A stretch of DNA of 64,000 nucleotides, taken from the NCBI RefSeq assembly GCF_964204645.1, contig NC_134028.1, positions 11,455,263 through 11,519,262 of the forward strand. Direction: 5' to 3'. Below the pieces are notes generated by a model. It searched no databases and was not told the origin of the DNA. It was given only the letters and a program-made list of their open reading frames with translations. This DNA comes from Tubulanus polymorphus. Lineage: Eukaryota > Animalia > Nemertea. Made by a program: the position numbers and the translations under genes. The first letter of the stretch is position 1. Every line of letters starts with the position of its first letter. Positions 39,491 to 49,955 of this stretch are shown in pieces.

Positions 39491-39777
39491 TCAGCTAAAA
39501 AAAATAACCCATCGGTTAACTAAGTACGCGCAATATCCGACGTTGTACCCCATATCCCCTTATTACTCGTATATGTATACACAATTATTTCATTTATTAT
39601 CACTGGACGATAGGAATCGCTAACTCGTACTCATGCATGCTATCTATTGATTACAGAGAGATGAAAGTTTATTGAACGGGCTACATGAAAGAGAATGTGT
39701 TTTTTTCTAGATCCACGAATTAACTATAACCGTTCAAAATCTATTTCAGGCACAGAATATCTACACAGTTATACACG

Positions 39778-42297
39778 ATGATCGACGCGGTAGTCTTATC
39801 AGTTTTTATTAACCTTTTTATTTTGCTCAATCGAGTAGATGGTGAAATCGGCAACGAAAAAGTTATTTTGAGGAAAAATTACGGCATCCTTTTCTCTTTC
39901 CAAAGCCAAATTGATAATGCGGGTTCATATTGGAGCCACACGTACTCACTACCTTGGATTAAGTATCCGATCCCCTCTTTTAAACCACCGGTCTGTCCGC
40001 CAAATGCTGACGACGTATGTCACCAACTACTCGAGTGTGCACACTTACTAACACAGCAACGCAATCGGTCAGCGTCACAGTTTCAATCGGTGTCAAACGA
40101 AATCAAGCTTTTGATGCCCAGAAAATTATCTGTGTCCCCCCGCTCTAAGCGGGGCCTATTAAATTTTGTGGGTAGCATATCCAAAAGCTTGTTTGGAACG
40201 GCCACCGAGGACGAAGTAAACGAGATACGGGGCCACGTGCAGAAGCTCGAAAATTTTGCCAAATTGACGCAGAATGAACTCATTCGACAAGGAAACGAAA
40301 TGTCGTCATTTATGAAATTAACTTCTGCTCGCTTCAAAAACGCCATGACAGCCATTGGAAATAACCATAACTTAATATCAAATCTGCAGACCAATCTTGT
40401 AAAGCTGTCACAGTTATCTTCGCGTAACTCGGCACGAATTTCAGATCTTAGCACCTCAGTCTCCGTTATCAGCAATTTCATTCAGTATTTTGCAGCCTAT
40501 CAGGAAGCAGCCATGCAAATTGAACTCGAGGCACGCAATTGGCTATCAGGTGTCCAAACCCTGGTTGACGGCTATTTGCCGATGAGTTTAGTCCCTAGCA
40601 AAATTATAGCCCATACAATTGGGTCGATCCGTGATATGCTATCCCAAGATTACCCAGGTTTTTCTATATCGTATTCGGACCCTGGTCACTATTATCAGGT
40701 TCGGGACATTCTGTACACCAGGACAGACAGAGCTATTTATATTACAGTCAAATTTCCAATTTCCAAAATTAGCACCAAATTTAATATATATTCAATATCG
40801 GCTATTCCGGTACCAGTCAATGCCTCATCAGATAACTGCACTTTAATAAAGGACATACCGGCATACATAGGTGTAACTAATTCGGGCGACTTTTATACTG
40901 AACTCGACACGGGCGATTATGCCACGTGTGAAGGTAAAGGGGTGAAAACCTGTCCGACAGCTAGGTCCATGAGGTCGCGTTCTGTATCTAGTTGCGCCAG
41001 CGCACTTTTTTTCAATGATCATAACAACATCATGCGTCGTTGTGATATTAGGTATCAAGAATCCGGGCTCTATGAGGGCGCCCTAGACTTAGGATCTGGA
41101 ACATACTTAGCAAGCGGCAGGGACTCGTCGTGGTCCATGACCTGCCCTGGTAAGCCTGTAAAAGCTATAACTGCATGCACAATGTGCCTGATAAAACTAC
41201 CGTGCGGTTGCGGAATAACATCATCAAAATTCAAAATCCCCGCAAAAATCACAAATTGTCACAAAAATGATATGTCACCGGTATATTCACACCCAATCAA
41301 TCTACCAGTTATTTTGGCGTTTTTCAAGCATCTTGATTTTAATAAGAGGCAACAAATTTTGGATACGGAAAGTCACTCGTCTCAAATTCACCAAGTGACT
41401 CTACCGGAGATTAAATTAGTTCGGGATAATTGGAACCAGGTAGCTCACAATGAGGGACAATTCACCGCTAATTTCAAGAAACTGACAGAAAATGGTCATA
41501 AAAATGTAAAACTATTCGCTACTAAGGCGGACGCGCTTCTATCTGCGAAATGGACAGATACTGATTCATTTATTCCTGGAATAAGTCAGGATCGATTATT
41601 GGCGTCAATATCTCTGTTTCTAAGCTTAATTTCACTCGCATTTTCAACTTATTTAATCATGTTAATGCGGCGAACTCTTTCAACAATAGCTGCAGCCGTT
41701 ATTACATCGGGTCAACTACCTGCGACCAACGCATTTAAACTAGTCTCAAATAAGCACCCGCTACATTTTGGACCACCTGCTAGCGAGGACGACTCAGTTC
41801 ATAGTGCGTCACTCCTAGAAAATATATTGTCAACCGTTCAGGACGAAAAACAGATTTTTATTGGTCTATTTATCTTAATTTGCATCTCACATGTGTTAGT
41901 TGTGGTTGCGCATCTTCTGTTAAAAAGATTTTACCAGAGGCAATTTGGTTGTAAATTAGTATTATGTTTATCAGCACTAGACGATTGCATGAACATCGAT
42001 CTGCTGACGCTGCCCAATTGCCCACATTCATATTGCATGAATCAGCACCCGACTGGCCTTGCCGTGAATGTAAAACGGGGATGGATACCTAGCCTCATCA
42101 TAAATTGGCGAGAATCGCATCTCATCGCAAAATCTGATGGGAACACCAAACCGATTAAGTTGAACACTAATTTTAAACTACCGTGGTTTGCAGCCCGTCG
42201 GGTTAGCCGGATTTTAACCAGCGATTTCTCTGTTTTTATTTACTTAGCGTTCCCTGACGGCAGAATGATTGCATTACCTGTACTGACGCATGTTTAG
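39778..42297 (+). CDS. env: Env-like class I fusion glycoprotein (baculovirus F / errantivirus Env-like), 839 aa, intact
   Basis: N-terminal signal peptide; furin site RSKR (aa 122-125) followed by the fusion-peptide-like GLLNFVGSISKSLFGTA; heptad-rich helix; GYLPMSLVP and ITVKFPI..FNIYSISAIPVP motifs; Cys-rich region; N-glycosylation sequons; hydrophobic segments at aa 607-630 and 693-715. Lies between the integrase and the LTR. Confidence 0.88.
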   Translation: MIDAVVLSVFINLFILLNRVDGEIGNEKVILRKNYGILFSFQSQIDNAGSYWSHTYSLPWIKYPIPSFKPPVCPPNADDVCHQLLECAHLLTQQRNRSASQFQSVSNEIKLLMPRKLSVSPRSKRGLLNFVGSISKSLFGTATEDEVNEIRGHVQKLENFAKLTQNELIRQGNEMSSFMKLTSARFKNAMTAIGNNHNLISNLQTNLVKLSQLSSRNSARISDLSTSVSVISNFIQYFAAYQEAAMQIELEARNWLSGVQTLVDGYLPMSLVPSKIIAHTIGSIRDMLSQDYPGFSISYSDPGHYYQVRDILYTRTDRAIYITVKFPISKISTKFNIYSISAIPVPVNASSDNCTLIKDIPAYIGVTNSGDFYTELDTGDYATCEGKGVKTCPTARSMRSRSVSSCASALFFNDHNNIMRRCDIRYQESGLYEGALDLGSGTYLASGRDSSWSMTCPGKPVKAITACTMCLIKLPCGCGITSSKFKIPAKITNCHKNDMSPVYSHPINLPVILAFFKHLDFNKRQQILDTESHSSQIHQVTLPEIKLVRDNWNQVAHNEGQFTANFKKLTENGHKNVKLFATKADALLSAKWTDTDSFIPGISQDRLLASISLFLSLISLAFSTYLIMLMRRTLSTIAAAVITSGQLPATNAFKLVSNKHPLHFGPPASEDDSVHSASLLENILSTVQDEKQIFIGLFILICISHVLVVVAHLLLKRFYQRQFGCKLVLCLSALDDCMNIDLLTLPNCPHSYCMNQHPTGLAVNVKRGWIPSLIINWRESHLIAKSDGNTKPIKLNTNFKLPWFAARRVSRILTSDFSVFIYLAFPDGRMIALPVLTHV

Positions 42298-42983
42298 TTT
42301 AGATTATTAATGTAACATATGTTAACAGGTATCTTGCACATGCTGTTGCAGCCCTGAGTAACAACATTACTTTCCTTACTCGGAAGATTGTTCCTCGAAT
42401 GATACTGATCGATATGCTAGTTGTTTACCTTTTTACTTTACTTTACTACTACGTAACTATCGGATTGGATTTTAAACAGAGTTCACGCCTGCCGAACTAT
42501 GCTTGACCGTGATCCTGGAAGCGGCGACTGCTGGGACAAGCATGTCTTACAGTAGGGGGTTCGATTCCCCACAGTTTCACGAGTTTCATCAGCATGGATT
42601 TGTTAGGGTAGCCCTACTAACTTCGATCTCGAATATTAGTTATATAAATTGGTCGAGCACTTCACAGAATGCATAAAAATGAGGATAGTAACTTCATTTA
42701 ACTTAATACTATGACTATGTACGAAAAGAACTAATTTGTGAAAATACAGTGTTAAACAATGATATTTGTGTCGTATAGTTAAAGTAATGCTCAATTTCAC
42801 AGATATCGAGAATAGTAAAATTTAAGGAAAATGAATACATATATGCATTGAAAGTATTAAAAAGGCTTAAGAAAATGAATGTGTATATTATACGGCTAAG
42901 ACGTAGTACGTTTGTGGTAAAAGTATCTAAATGATAATAAATCTGTGAGACATAATCGATTAGGTCACTCTAGGAGAGTCTGC

Positions 42984-44275
42984 TGTAACGAAATGTATCT
43001 TGATAATCAACTGACGCGTTTTTGTGTCATCAACTCCGGTACGTTTGGGTAAAGGCGATAAATTAGTGACGAAAATTTAGTGATTAGATAAATTAAATGT
43101 CAAAAAAAAAAAATAAAAAAAAATAAAAAAAACATGTTTTGCTATATTCAGATTTATTGTGCGTAGAATATTATTGATTCTCTGGATCACTAGCGAGAAA
43201 ACTTCGAAAACAGCAGAATGCGTAGAATCCACAACTGGCGAGCGGTGAACAAAATTCGCGGTGAACAGATGCTGGACTATTTCGTATTTCGTCGGTCTAA
43301 CGATTTCATTTCGACGCTCGTTCGGAATCCGACTAAGATACAATATCGAGACACTTCCAACTTATATGGCGGTGAATTACATCGGAAAGCGAAAGGCCAG
43401 TACACGTTATGCTCGCTGAAGGCCATGTTTACTTTCAATCATTGAACGGTTTGCCGGTATTTTAAAACGAAATTTTAAAACGAAACATTGCCTTGCTGCA
43501 GAAGACGATTAGCGAACGCCTAACCACTTGGTGTACTTACGTCAGATAAACCGAAGCATGCGCCTATAATTAATCGTCAACATATGCAGAAGCGCAGAAC
43601 AAATTATTAGTATATATATAAATATATAAACAGTGCGTTACGTTATGGTCGGAGGAATCTCGCACGAGGTGTTTATCTATCCGCTTATCGCGTGAGGTAT
43701 CAGTGATGCAAGTAATTTATTGTGGCACCATCCGCAGCAAACTGTGAGTGTAATTCTGGCTCTTCCATAATCTCGCGGGTGATTCGAAAAGAACTGCGTT
43801 CAGCGTCAATGAAGTGAACAGTTAGACCATTCGTTTCGAGTCAATACCAGGTACAATTATGGACTGACTGCGTTTTGCGATCACCGGATATGCGGTTGCA
43901 AGGATTAATTTTTTTCTTGTATAGTGATCCAGGGGATTGAGATTTATTGTTTACTATTTACATATGAGATTTATTATTCACTATTTACATACTGCCGACT
44001 GTCTACATATTATCTACTATTTACATTTTGCTATTAATCTTGCTATACTATCAATTAATTGTTCATCTGCTATGTGCATCTATATATATGCATTATGATT
44101 TCATTTTAACGATTCGGGGTCGAATCCTTGGAAGGTGGGGCAACTGATATATAGCCCATGTATATGTTGTGTGTATTTACATCATTTCATTCCATGATCC
44201 ATCTTCATTTCACCTCCTCATTCATTTCATGTAGAGAGTTGAACCGTCGGTCAGTTTACCGTATCGGGTAAGGAA
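42984..44275 (+). repeat. Putative 3' LTR (truncated); its distal end is present inverted at 37460-37851
   Basis: Starts TGTAACG shortly after purine-rich AGGAGAG; TATA-rich tract at 43611-43630. 44085-44275 is the reverse complement of 37661-37851, and that copy continues through AATAAA to ..CGTATCA. Confidence 0.65.
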
Positions 44276-44287
44276 AAGGGTAAACAA

Positions 44288-46336
44288 TTGGACCTGCCCA
44301 CAAGTCGCAATGTCCATTCAGCCAATGGCTCGCCGATTAAAATGTTAGGGAAAATAAGTTTCAGTCTGGATATTGGTAACATAGGCTTTCCGATTGACGC
44401 TCACGTAGCTTCAGGGTTGGCCTATGATGTCATCTTAGGTATGGATTTTCTTACATCCCACAACGCTATATTGGACCTGGGGGTCGGAACCATTCAATTT
44501 CCAGGGAGTAGACCACTATCATTGCAGAGACAGTTCGACCTAGTTAGTGACACTAAAATTTGCATTCAAGAGACGACAGTCGTCCCGCCATTCACTGAGA
44601 TAGTTATCCCTGCTAAAGTCGTCGACAGAATTAGAGATGACACGGAGTGCTACATAGACCCAAGTACACAATTACAAAAGTCGAACTTAATCGGGGCTAA
44701 AATAATCGCCTTAGTAAAGAACCAAACTGTCCCTTTTCGAATCTGTAACCCTACGGTCAATCCTATACAGCTGTTCCAGGGTACAACGCTGGGGCACCTG
44801 TCGACTGAGTCGTTCGAAGTTCACTCAACCCTGGAAGAAACTGACACCCCGCCAGTCAGCCAGGAAAGATGCAATATGTGCCACATAAGTACTAGAAACG
44901 GTAAGCCAAACCTAGACCCACCAAACGTGGACTTGAGCGACGCCAAGCTGACGAAAGGCGAGCAACAGACACTGACAAACCTACTTAGCGAATATCGCGA
45001 CGTTTTCGCGAATGACGACAGTGAGTTAGGCCACACTTCATTAATCAAACACCATATTGACGTTCAGGGTCACCCACCGATTCGACAAAGAGCCTACCGT
45101 AGAACCCCAGAAATGAGGAAAATAGAAGAAGATGAGGTTGACAAAATGGTCAAGGCAGATATCATACGCGAATCAAACTCCCCCTGGAGTAGCCCGGTCG
45201 TCTTGGTGAAAAAGAAAAACGGCCAAACACGATTCTGCGTTGACTACCGTAAAGTAAATTCCATCACACGCAAAGATTCATTCCCAATGCCAAGGTGCGA
45301 CGATATTCTCGATAGCCTCGGTGCGACACAACCAAAATATTTCTCGTCTCTTGATTTAAGATCAGGATATTGGCAAGTGGAAGTTGACGAGGAATCCAAG
45401 CCGATTACCGCCTTTGCTTGTAGCAGGGGCCTATTCGAATTCAATCGTCTTCCATTTGGCTTGTGCAATAGTCCAGGCACCTTTGAGAGATTGATGGAGA
45501 ATGTGCTCCGAGGCCTAAGCTGGAAAATCGGTTTAATATATCTAGACGATGTCGTCGTCTTTTCACGAACTTTTGAGGAACATTTAATTCACCTTGAACA
45601 GATTTTTATGAGATTTCGAGATGCGGGCCTTACGTTAAAACCCGATAAATGTCATTTTGCTCTCGACAGCGTTTTGTATTTGGGCCATATTATCAGTGGT
45701 GAAGGCATCAAGCCTGACCCAGAGAAATGTCGAGCAATAAACGAGTACCCAGTCCCCACAACATTGAAAGACGTTAGAGCCTTTGTCGGTCTAGCGACAT
45801 ACTATCGTCGGTTTATTGAAAAATTTAGCGAAATATGTAGTCCACTTTACGCACTCACCAGAAAAAATGCTAAGTTCGAGTGGAACGGGGACTGCGAACG
45901 AGCATTCCAAGAGCTCAAAGTCAGGCTAACGAGTCCTCCAGTCCTAGCCTTTCCGGACTTTAACCAACCTTTCGAGCTGCACACTGATGCAAGCGCGACC
46001 GCGATCGGTCTGGTTCTGTGTCAACGTATTGACGGCAACGAACGCGTGATTGCCTACGGTGGACGAAATTTTCTACCCCGCGAAAAGAACTGGGATACGA
46101 CGCAACGCGAAATGGCCGCAATTATGGAGGGGATTAAGAAATTTAAACCATACCTCCATGGGCGCCGATTCAGAGTCGTAACCGACCACAACGTCCTAAG
46201 GTGGCTCATGACACTGAAGGAACCCCAGGGTCGCTTATGTCGTTGGGCCTTAGCTCTTCAAGAATACGACATGGAGATAGTCCACAGAGCTGGCCGCGTA
46301 CACTGCAATGCCGATGCCCTGTCTAGACGACAATAT
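44288..46336 (+). CDS. pol: Gypsy pol fragment: C-terminal half of protease, RT, RNase H (open frame, both ends truncated)
   Basis: SANGS..VILGMDFL; SPWSSPVVLVKKK..RFCVDYRKVN; LDLRSGYWQ; LPFGLCNSP; YLDD; LHTDAS; TDHNVL; NADALSR. Confidence 0.93.
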
Positions 46337-47793
46337 GTAAATACACACAACATATACATGGGCTAAAATATGCATATGCATATTAACGACAAAATTCCGG
46401 ATTGTGTCATATCACTTTATTTTCCAATGTATCGCATTTAATTACATACAAGACTTTTCACACAGAATAATCTATTTGCTGATATTTGAAAGAGCATCAC
46501 CTCAATTTTGTATGCAATTACAAGCATTCAGAGCATTAGTTGAAATAATCCTCAATCTTTCAAAATGTATAGATGTAGCCAACATATTTTAAGTAAAATG
46601 TTATACTCTACTTAACATACATACAGTACATACAAAGCTTAATTAACATAACCACACATGGACTGTGAAGATCAACTAGATAAAGGGTAATTACAAAAAA
46701 ATTAGTTAAGTCACAAGTCACTCACTAATTAGTGTTTCTCAATTTTAAACAGCCTAATTAAGTATATGGTAAACATACATATGCATCAACAAACCAATAT
46801 CAAGATGGCAGAATAAGACTATGAAGAATAAATCATTGCTATTATGTACAATATATGATGCAATAATTACCTGAGAAATATAATCACCAATGAAGTCATG
46901 CAACACAAAAATATGAAAAGCATACAACACAGAAATGTATCAGATCATCACTACAGTTTTTATGACATTGAATGAACTATCATTGACAACAACTCAGCCT
47001 TAGTAGCATTGGTATTGAAAATATCTTACTAATTGACTATCGGCTGTGTAAATAGAAGGTCCATCAAAATACCTATTTGTAAAATTTAACAACTTGAGTG
47101 TTATACTAAGTTGACCAGCTCTGAGTAAGGCGGACGCAACTGTACACATGTGGATAAAGAGTATAATCTGGTAACAGGTAAAAATCCCTCCTAGGTAAAA
47201 AAAAACCCAAAATCCCCCCAAATTTGATTTCACAGCAAAACTCAATGAAATACTTCAATATTCTTTAGTTGAAAAATTTAAATAGTTTTGCAAAAATTAC
47301 CAATTTTCCCTGGTGTTTTTCACATTCACCTCGGATAATCTGTGACTTTTACCGGTGCAGTAGAAATCCCCAATTCTTCAAAGTAGGTAAAAATGTAGGT
47401 ATTTCATATTTTTGATACACATATCCAATTTATTATAGTGGAACATCATAAGGATATCATGCACATACAAACTATTGCATATACTATTTGAATGAAAACA
47501 TACTACAAATTAGAAATTATTAATACTAAATTAGTACTCAAAAGTTAGCACACAGCTTAATGAAAGGGATCATAGCACTTTTCAAATATATTACACTAGC
47601 TTGAAACTAAAATATCTAGAATTAAAAGTTCACTAGTGCTTATAATTCATGGGCATTGCGAGGCTCAAATATACCACATTGTCAACTAGAGTTCACAGTT
47701 CAAAAATATTCCTGTTCGAATTTTAAGATATTACAAATAATTTTTTATTATTCAGCTAGTTACAGCATAGTTACATACATTGGATGAAGTACA

Positions 47794-49955
47794 TTATTAG
47801 GGTTTCTGCTGCCTCAGCAGAAACCCTATTGGATTCCTGCTGATTATTATTTTAACATATTTTCCACTGAGTTTCGTCACATAAAAATCATCTATTAGAT
47901 TTGATTACTAACAACTTTGAAACGAAATGTTAAACTCTGATAATAATATAACAGTCTCTTTCTGTGCGTAGTTTCTATGGATGTACTGTGCTTTCTATTT
48001 TAAACTTGAAGTTACTTAAAGATAACACCGGTGGAAATAGCAATCATCAATCATGGCGCGCATACTGGCGCGAATCTGAAAGTTTGTGACGTCATTTCAT
48101 AAATAAATAAAGAAGGAAGGCTCCGAGAAGATCCAAATCACAGGTTACTGTGAATAACTGGGGTTCGACCATTCACAAGTTAAAAATGTACTTCCTTGTT
48201 TGTGAAGTTAGTTTATTCATACTGTTATTAAAAGCAGTTCCTTTTAAACAACATATAATAGTATAGTTTTGTTCGTGGATATCAATACTTCGAAAAATCA
48301 ACAGCAGTTTATTTATTTACTGTACCGGTACGCGTTTTCTTAATTGAATTAAATACGGGATATCGACAAATTTAAGTTCTTGAATTACTCGTTTGATGGC
48401 GCTAGTCAGAACCGGAAATTTGAACCTAAATCCGCCATGTTCTAGTTCATTTGCAATAAAAATCTCTCGATTCAAGTTTTTAGTTAGCGATATTTTACTT
48501 ACTTTACATAGGCACGCACAATCCTTTAAGTATGATATCTTGGCAATGTGTTGAATTCGATAAAACCTCACTTTGAACGCTAAAGATCACTAGAAATGTG
48601 AAAAAACTACCAAAAATCACAAATTTAGCGATGACGCTCGAAGCAGTTAACGGAAGTAATGACTGGTGCCGGGTGTCTTCACTTTGTTGTTGAGTTCAAG
48701 ACTCTAAGGTGAATTCATTGCAGGCTACACTGATAAATATGAAATAATATTACGAAATAAAACTGATGTTAGAAGGACTACACTCGTAGATTCATAATAA
48801 AAATATGAAAAGTACCAGGACTCGAACCAACAATCGAAATTGGGCCGTCAAGTGCTGCCACCATGTGATACCTGGCAACCAGTCTTTACATCTTCAGCCG
48901 TTGCAAAATGTTTTTTGATAATTTTAGGACACTTATAGTGATTTCTAGCCTTTGCAGTGAGGTTTTATCATATCAAACGTAGCGGTAGGATAACATATTT
49001 AAAGGATTACGCGTAACGATGTATAGTAAGTAAAATATCGCTCATTGAGAACTTGAAGCGAGAGATTTTCATTGCAAATGAACTAGAGCATGGAGGATTT
49101 AGGTTCCAATTTCCGGTTCTGACTAGCGCCATCAAACGAGTAATTCAAGAACTTGAATTTGTCGATATCCCGTATTGGTCCGGTCCAAAAGGCGGGTCAT
49201 ACTAGTTAGCGTCAGAAAATGTCAGCGTCGGTGATACCTTGTTATCGTCGATAAACGGTCTAAAGTCAGTTTATACATCACATACATTACAAATTGGAGG
49301 TCCCTCGTACATGTACATCACATCGTGACGCAGCGGCGATGGTAATGTCATAGAAGAACAAAGTCAGCCTACCCACTGCACCGATAAAGAATGATAGCTA
49401 GCCAGAGACCAGTGACAGTTAGTAATGGGGAGTGATGGTACCGTTCGTGATTATGTTTTTATAATGGTTATTGGACGTCAATTATATATGTGAATTGTAG
49501 TCCCCATCTGATCGCTTGACTTGTCAGACTGGCTTGTCACTCCTCTGCTAATAGTAACACTATAAGGCATTCCCTCCTGCATAGTTTGCCCTATAGCCCA
49601 AATTTGTGCTTTGGGCCAAATTCAGTTTTCTTATCTAGTCGACTTTTTTCGGAACTAATGATAACCGAATATGCGCTTAAACTGTCACTAGGGAATGGTA
49701 AAAACACCGTAGTTTCGTTCTTCTCGATGTTATTTCCCCCAAAACCCGGCACATTAGTGCTTTGCGCGTAGTAGCCCATGCGCGTACCAGCACATGTGGG
49801 TCAACATATCCATGTTGTGAGTTGACCCCTAGGTGGCACTCTTTCAAAAAACGGAATGTGACTAACTGATTTCGGGTGAAATCTTTGCTCGCATCCCTGA
49901 ACGACATTCTATCCAGAAAGGCAGAAACCCGTTATCGCTGCTTGCAGCTATATTT
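47794..49955 (+). mobile_element. Non-autonomous Helentron-associated element (HINE/DINE-1-like)
   Basis: 5' TTATTAGGGTTTCTGCTG-CCT-CAGCAGAAACCC hairpin; 3' subterminal GCAGAAACCC followed by a GCTGC-TT-GCAGC hairpin and TATATTT. A similar 5' end lies at about 14262-14320. Confidence 0.7.
48352..49176. mobile_element. MITE with about 250-bp TIRs, nested in the HINE-like element
   Basis: AATACGGGATATCGACAAATT..GATGGCGCTAGTCAGAACCGGAAATT (48352-48600) is the reverse complement of about 48929-49176. Confidence 0.85.

Larger units (their letters stand above)
37460..46365 (+). mobile_element. Rearranged Ty3/Gypsy LTR retrotransposon with env (errantivirus-like endogenous retrovirus); gag absent
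   Basis: Order is inverted LTR end, integrase-chromodomain, env, LTR, partial PR-RT-RNase H, short inverted LTR piece. Confidence 0.92.

Noticed and set aside
40083-41252. Antisense and alternative-frame ORFs overlapping env (likewise over pol and the LINE)
   Set aside because: Shadow ORFs with no recognisable motifs.
39778-42297. Env as a domesticated host gene
   Set aside because: The neighbouring RT frame is equally intact and the integrase has only one lesion, so recent insertion explains the intactness. Orthology and dN/dS data would be needed.
42505-42540. SECIS element in the env 3' UTR (GTGA..AA..GGA)
   Set aside because: The helix between the core and the AA is too short, there is no proper GA quartet, and env has no in-frame TGA.
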